Below, one piece after another: positions 60,783-64,000 of a stretch of 64,000 nt of DNA. The stretch's first letter is position 1, and every line of letters begins with the position of its first letter. The DNA comes from an uncultured Anaerolineae bacterium. Lineage in GTDB: Bacteria > Chloroflexota > Anaerolineae > Aggregatilineales > UBA3940. A program made the position numbers and the translations under genes. The stretch spans positions 39,940 through 103,939 of the forward strand of contig CAYTPI010000002.1 in the NCBI GenBank assembly GCA_964439625.1, given 5' to 3'. A model generated the notes under the pieces. The model searched no databases and was not told the origin of the DNA. It worked only from the letters and a program-made list of their open reading frames with translations.

Positions 60783-62168
60783 ATGACAAACCGCTCGGTG
60801 ACCGACGCTGTTCTTGACGTTGTTATTCTGGCAGCCGGCAAAGGCACTCGGATGAAATCAAAATTACCCAAAGTCCTGCACCCTTTGAATGGTCGAGCGA
60901 TGGTTCAGTACAGCGTGCAGGCTGCCTTTGAGGCAACTGATAGAACACCTATGGTGATCGTCGGGCACCAAGAGGATGCTGTCCGCGAAGAACTAGGTGG
61001 CGCCGCTCGTTATGCTCGCCAAGAAGAACAGCTCGGCACGGGGCACGCTATCATGCAAGCATATTCGACTCTTGAAAAGCAATCTGATCATGTTGCGGTT
61101 ATCTACGCTGATATGCCACTCCTCCGTGGGGATACGCTTCGCAAGCTACATGCAGCCCAGGTAACGAATGCTGATGGACCCTTCAGTATGCTTACGCTGA
61201 CGACTGACACTCCGCGAGGGTTTGGGCGTGTTATTCGTAGCGCATCCGGAGCCGTTCAGGCTATTGTGGAAGAGGCAGATGCAAGTCCAGAACAAAAAGC
61301 CATTCGCGAAGTTAATGTCGGCATCTACTGTTTTGAGGCAGCATGGCTGTGGTCACATCTAGATCAGATTCCGTTGAGCACCAAAGGTGAGTACTATCTG
61401 ACTGACCTTGTCGCTATTGCCGTGAAGGAGGGTGGCACAATCAATGCGTTGGTGATGGACGACCCAACTGAAGGCATGGGGGTCAACACCCGTGTTCACC
61501 TGGCTGAGGCGGAAACAGCCATGCGTCAACGCATTAACGAAACGATGATGCTCAGTGGAGTCACTATTATTGACCCGGCGACAACTTACATTCATGCTGA
61601 TGTCACCATTGGGCACGATACAATCATCTACCCCAACACGTATTTGCTTGAGGAAACTATCATCGGGCATGATTGTATAATCGGCCCAAATGCCCACATT
61701 ACGGGTGCAACCATCGGTGACCGCTGCGTTATCAAGCAGTCTGTCATGGAGTATGCCACTCTTGAGGATGACGTTGATGTCGGCCCGTTCGCCCGCTTAC
61801 GCAAGGGGGCCTATCTGGAAAGTGGCGTTCATATGGGCAATTTTGGTGAGGTCAAGAACAGCCGCTTAGGTCGTGGCGTTGCGATGGGCCATTTTAGTTA
61901 CATCGGCGATGCTGATATTGGCAGCGAAACCAACATTGGTGCAGGCACGATTACCTGCAACTATGATGGTAAGCAGAAACATAAAACTATTGTTGGCAAA
62001 AATACATTTATTGGCAGTGACACTCTGTTAGTTGCACCAGTTGAATTGGGAGATAATGCGCACACTGGGGCAGGTTCAGTCGTCACACGGGATGTCCCGG
62101 CCAACACCCTCGTGTATGGCGTTCCAGCAAAGAGCCCAACACGATCTAGTAGAAAAGCAGAGGAGTAA
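60783..62168 (+). CDS. glmU: Bifunctional UDP-GlcNAc pyrophosphorylase / glucosamine-1-phosphate acetyltransferase
   Basis: LAAGKGTRMKS.LPKVLH, QLGTGHA, EYYLTD, hexapeptide repeats, GAGTITCNYDG. Confidence 0.97.
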   Translation: MTNRSVTDAVLDVVILAAGKGTRMKSKLPKVLHPLNGRAMVQYSVQAAFEATDRTPMVIVGHQEDAVREELGGAARYARQEEQLGTGHAIMQAYSTLEKQSDHVAVIYADMPLLRGDTLRKLHAAQVTNADGPFSMLTLTTDTPRGFGRVIRSASGAVQAIVEEADASPEQKAIREVNVGIYCFEAAWLWSHLDQIPLSTKGEYYLTDLVAIAVKEGGTINALVMDDPTEGMGVNTRVHLAEAETAMRQRINETMMLSGVTIIDPATTYIHADVTIGHDTIIYPNTYLLEETIIGHDCIIGPNAHITGATIGDRCVIKQSVMEYATLEDDVDVGPFARLRKGAYLESGVHMGNFGEVKNSRLGRGVAMGHFSYIGDADIGSETNIGAGTITCNYDGKQKHKTIVGKNTFIGSDTLLVAPVELGDNAHTGAGSVVTRDVPANTLVYGVPAKSPTRSSRKAEE

Positions 62169-62171
62169 TTT

Positions 62172-63521
62172 GTGGAACCGCCCTTAATGGGTCTTATTAG
62201 CCTATTAGTATTGATCTTACTAAATGCAGTCTTTTCCATTGTGCTGCAAGCCATGATCGTTACGCCACGCCAACCCCTGCAGGAAAAGGCCAACGCGGGT
62301 GATAGGAACGCGAGAACAGTCCTAGAACTCGCCCAAGATCCAGCTCAAATTCTCGGCACATTTCGGATCATCAATATTATTATCCGCTTTCTGACGACGG
62401 GTGTCTTCGCGATTGTTTTCTACCCCATCATCGTCACGGCTCTTTCTGACCAAATATTACGGCTCGGCCTTCAAGCAGATATTGTTGTCTTTGTCGTTAT
62501 TTTTCCGCTGGTTGCACTGATTATCTATATTCTCACAGATATCGTTCCAGAAGCCGTAGTCCAGATTAATCCGTCGCTATGGGCACGCTCGACAGCGCGC
62601 ATCGCCAAACTGTTGACGGCTGTTTTACGACCATTGGTTAACCTGATGGGGAGTATTCGACGGCTGTTGGTTGGTACAGAGAACAATGCTTTGGTCACGG
62701 AAGAAGAGATCATGACATTGATTGATGTAGGTGAAGAAGAGGGATCAATCGAGCAGCAAGAGCGCGACATGATCTACTCAATTTTTCAACTAGATACAAC
62801 CATGGCACGCGAAATAATGGTGCCACGTATTGACGTAATTGCGCTAAGCATTGACGCTACCCTTGAAGAAGCGCGTGACTTAATTATTAAAGCTGGCCAT
62901 TCACGTATTCCAGTGTTTGAAGAAACGCTAGACAACGTCAAAGGGCTCTTATACGCAAAAGATCTGCTGGAAATATGGCATAATGGTGATCGTCAAACAG
63001 ATTTAATCACGCTGTTACGGGCGCCATTGTTTATCCCCGAGTCGAAGTCAGCTTCAGAACTCCTGCGTGAACTACAGAATGCACAAGTCCATATGGCAGT
63101 CGTTATCGATGAATATGGCGGTACAGCCGGTTTGGTCACAATTGAAGACATTGTCGAAGAGATCGTTGGTGAGATCGTCGATGAATATGACGACGAGGAA
63201 GAATCACTCGTGCAGCAGATCAACGATAACGAATACATACTCGATGGCCGGCTTGACCTTGACGACCTAAACCGACTTTTAAATCGCCGCCTTTCAAAAG
63301 ACCTTGGTGATACACTAGGCGGCTTTATCTTTGGGCAGTTAGGTCGCGTTCCAGATGAAGGTGACACGCTAGAGACAGACCAACTACGTTTCAAGATAGT
63401 CAGTGTTGAAGACCGTCGTATCCGCAAGGTCCGAGTAGAAGTTATTCACCCAGATGAAAAAACTGATATCCAGTTAAAAGACGAAGCTGAGGGCAGTGAT
63501 GAGCAATCGGTTAACAACTGA
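62172..63521 (+). CDS. HlyC/CorC (CNNM) family protein: DUF21 TM, 2 CBS, CorC domain
   Basis: [54 protein letters not shown]. Confidence 0.93.
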   Translation: MEPPLMGLISLLVLILLNAVFSIVLQAMIVTPRQPLQEKANAGDRNARTVLELAQDPAQILGTFRIINIIIRFLTTGVFAIVFYPIIVTALSDQILRLGLQADIVVFVVIFPLVALIIYILTDIVPEAVVQINPSLWARSTARIAKLLTAVLRPLVNLMGSIRRLLVGTENNALVTEEEIMTLIDVGEEEGSIEQQERDMIYSIFQLDTTMAREIMVPRIDVIALSIDATLEEARDLIIKAGHSRIPVFEETLDNVKGLLYAKDLLEIWHNGDRQTDLITLLRAPLFIPESKSASELLRELQNAQVHMAVVIDEYGGTAGLVTIEDIVEEIVGEIVDEYDDEEESLVQQINDNEYILDGRLDLDDLNRLLNRRLSKDLGDTLGGFIFGQLGRVPDEGDTLETDQLRFKIVSVEDRRIRKVRVEVIHPDEKTDIQLKDEAEGSDEQSVNN

Positions 63522-63909
63522 AATGGTGTCAGACTTAGTCAGGGCCGCCCGAGCCGCCCGCGTAAAGGCCTACGCACCATATTCTGGTTACTTTGTTGGC
63601 TCGGCTCTCCTGACGGCATCTGGTCAGATGTTTACCGGGTGCAATGTCGAGAATGCGTCTTATCCAGCGTCCATCTGTGCAGAGCGGGTTGCGATTACCA
63701 AGGCTATCTCCGAAAGTGAGCTTGAGCTTGTCGCTATCGCCGTGGTGACTGCCAATGGAGGTGCGCCTTGCGGTATTTGCAGGCAAGTCATGAACGAATT
63801 TGCGCCTGATATGCATGTGATCATTGCAACAGAAGCAGATGTCCGAGCAAACTATATGCTATCTGATTTACTGCCCGATGGGTTCGGGCCAGAAAGTTTA
63901 ACCAGCTAG
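63499..63909 (+). CDS. cdd: Cytidine deaminase (homotetrameric type)
   Basis: AYAPYS, GCNVENAS, CAER, PCGICRQ, LLPDGF. Confidence 0.95.
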   Translation: MSNRLTTEMVSDLVRAARAARVKAYAPYSGYFVGSALLTASGQMFTGCNVENASYPASICAERVAITKAISESELELVAIAVVTANGGAPCGICRQVMNEFAPDMHVIIATEADVRANYMLSDLLPDGFGPESLTS

Positions 63910-63910
63910 C

Positions 63911-64000
63911 ATGCCTCGGCCTCATCAACAATATCGCACGCGTGCTGTTATTCTTCGACGCCATGACCTAGGTGAGACAGATCGTATTCTTACCATCTTT
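63911..64000 (+). CDS. recO: DNA repair protein RecO, N-terminal fragment cut by the window edge
   Basis: Translates to MPRPHQQYRTRAVILRRHDLGETDRILTIF, matching the RecO OB-fold start; follows cdd. Confidence 0.88.
   Translation, partial: MPRPHQQYRTRAVILRRHDLGETDRILTIF

Noticed and set aside
63499-64000. era missing between cdd and recO
   Set aside because: A common, minor synteny variation.

Overview
A gene-dense, roughly 50% GC chromosomal segment with about 60 CDS and one tRNA-Val(CAC). I saw no mobile elements, CRISPR arrays or rRNA. The gene families (sortase, LysM lipoprotein, CarD, kinase-FHA, MoxR-DUF58-transglutaminase, gatCA, an RpoD-type sigma factor) suggest a monoderm Chloroflexota, probably Anaerolineae-like; this is inference. 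Housekeeping genes include murA, murJ, murE, mraY, glmU, acs, corA, rnd, tsaD, selA, nfi, gatC, gatA, leuS, cdd and a partial recO. The best leads: (1) two secreted fasciclin proteins that end in the same unrecognised 106-aa domain (45/75 identical in its core), near a K+ channel, a receiver protein, a lipoprotein and a processive GT2; (2) a vitamin-K-dependent gamma-carboxylase (HTTM) homologue with the catalytic motifs intact; (3) a yceD 5' leader with mutually exclusive hairpins; (4) a perfect operator palindrome over the MoxR operon promoter; (5) a MurE lacking domain 1 and carrying EDPR; (6) a LeuS with a 91-aa insertion; (7) a thioredoxin-like lipoprotein gene with an internal deletion and frameshift. 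All calls come from reading motifs by eye; no searches were run.
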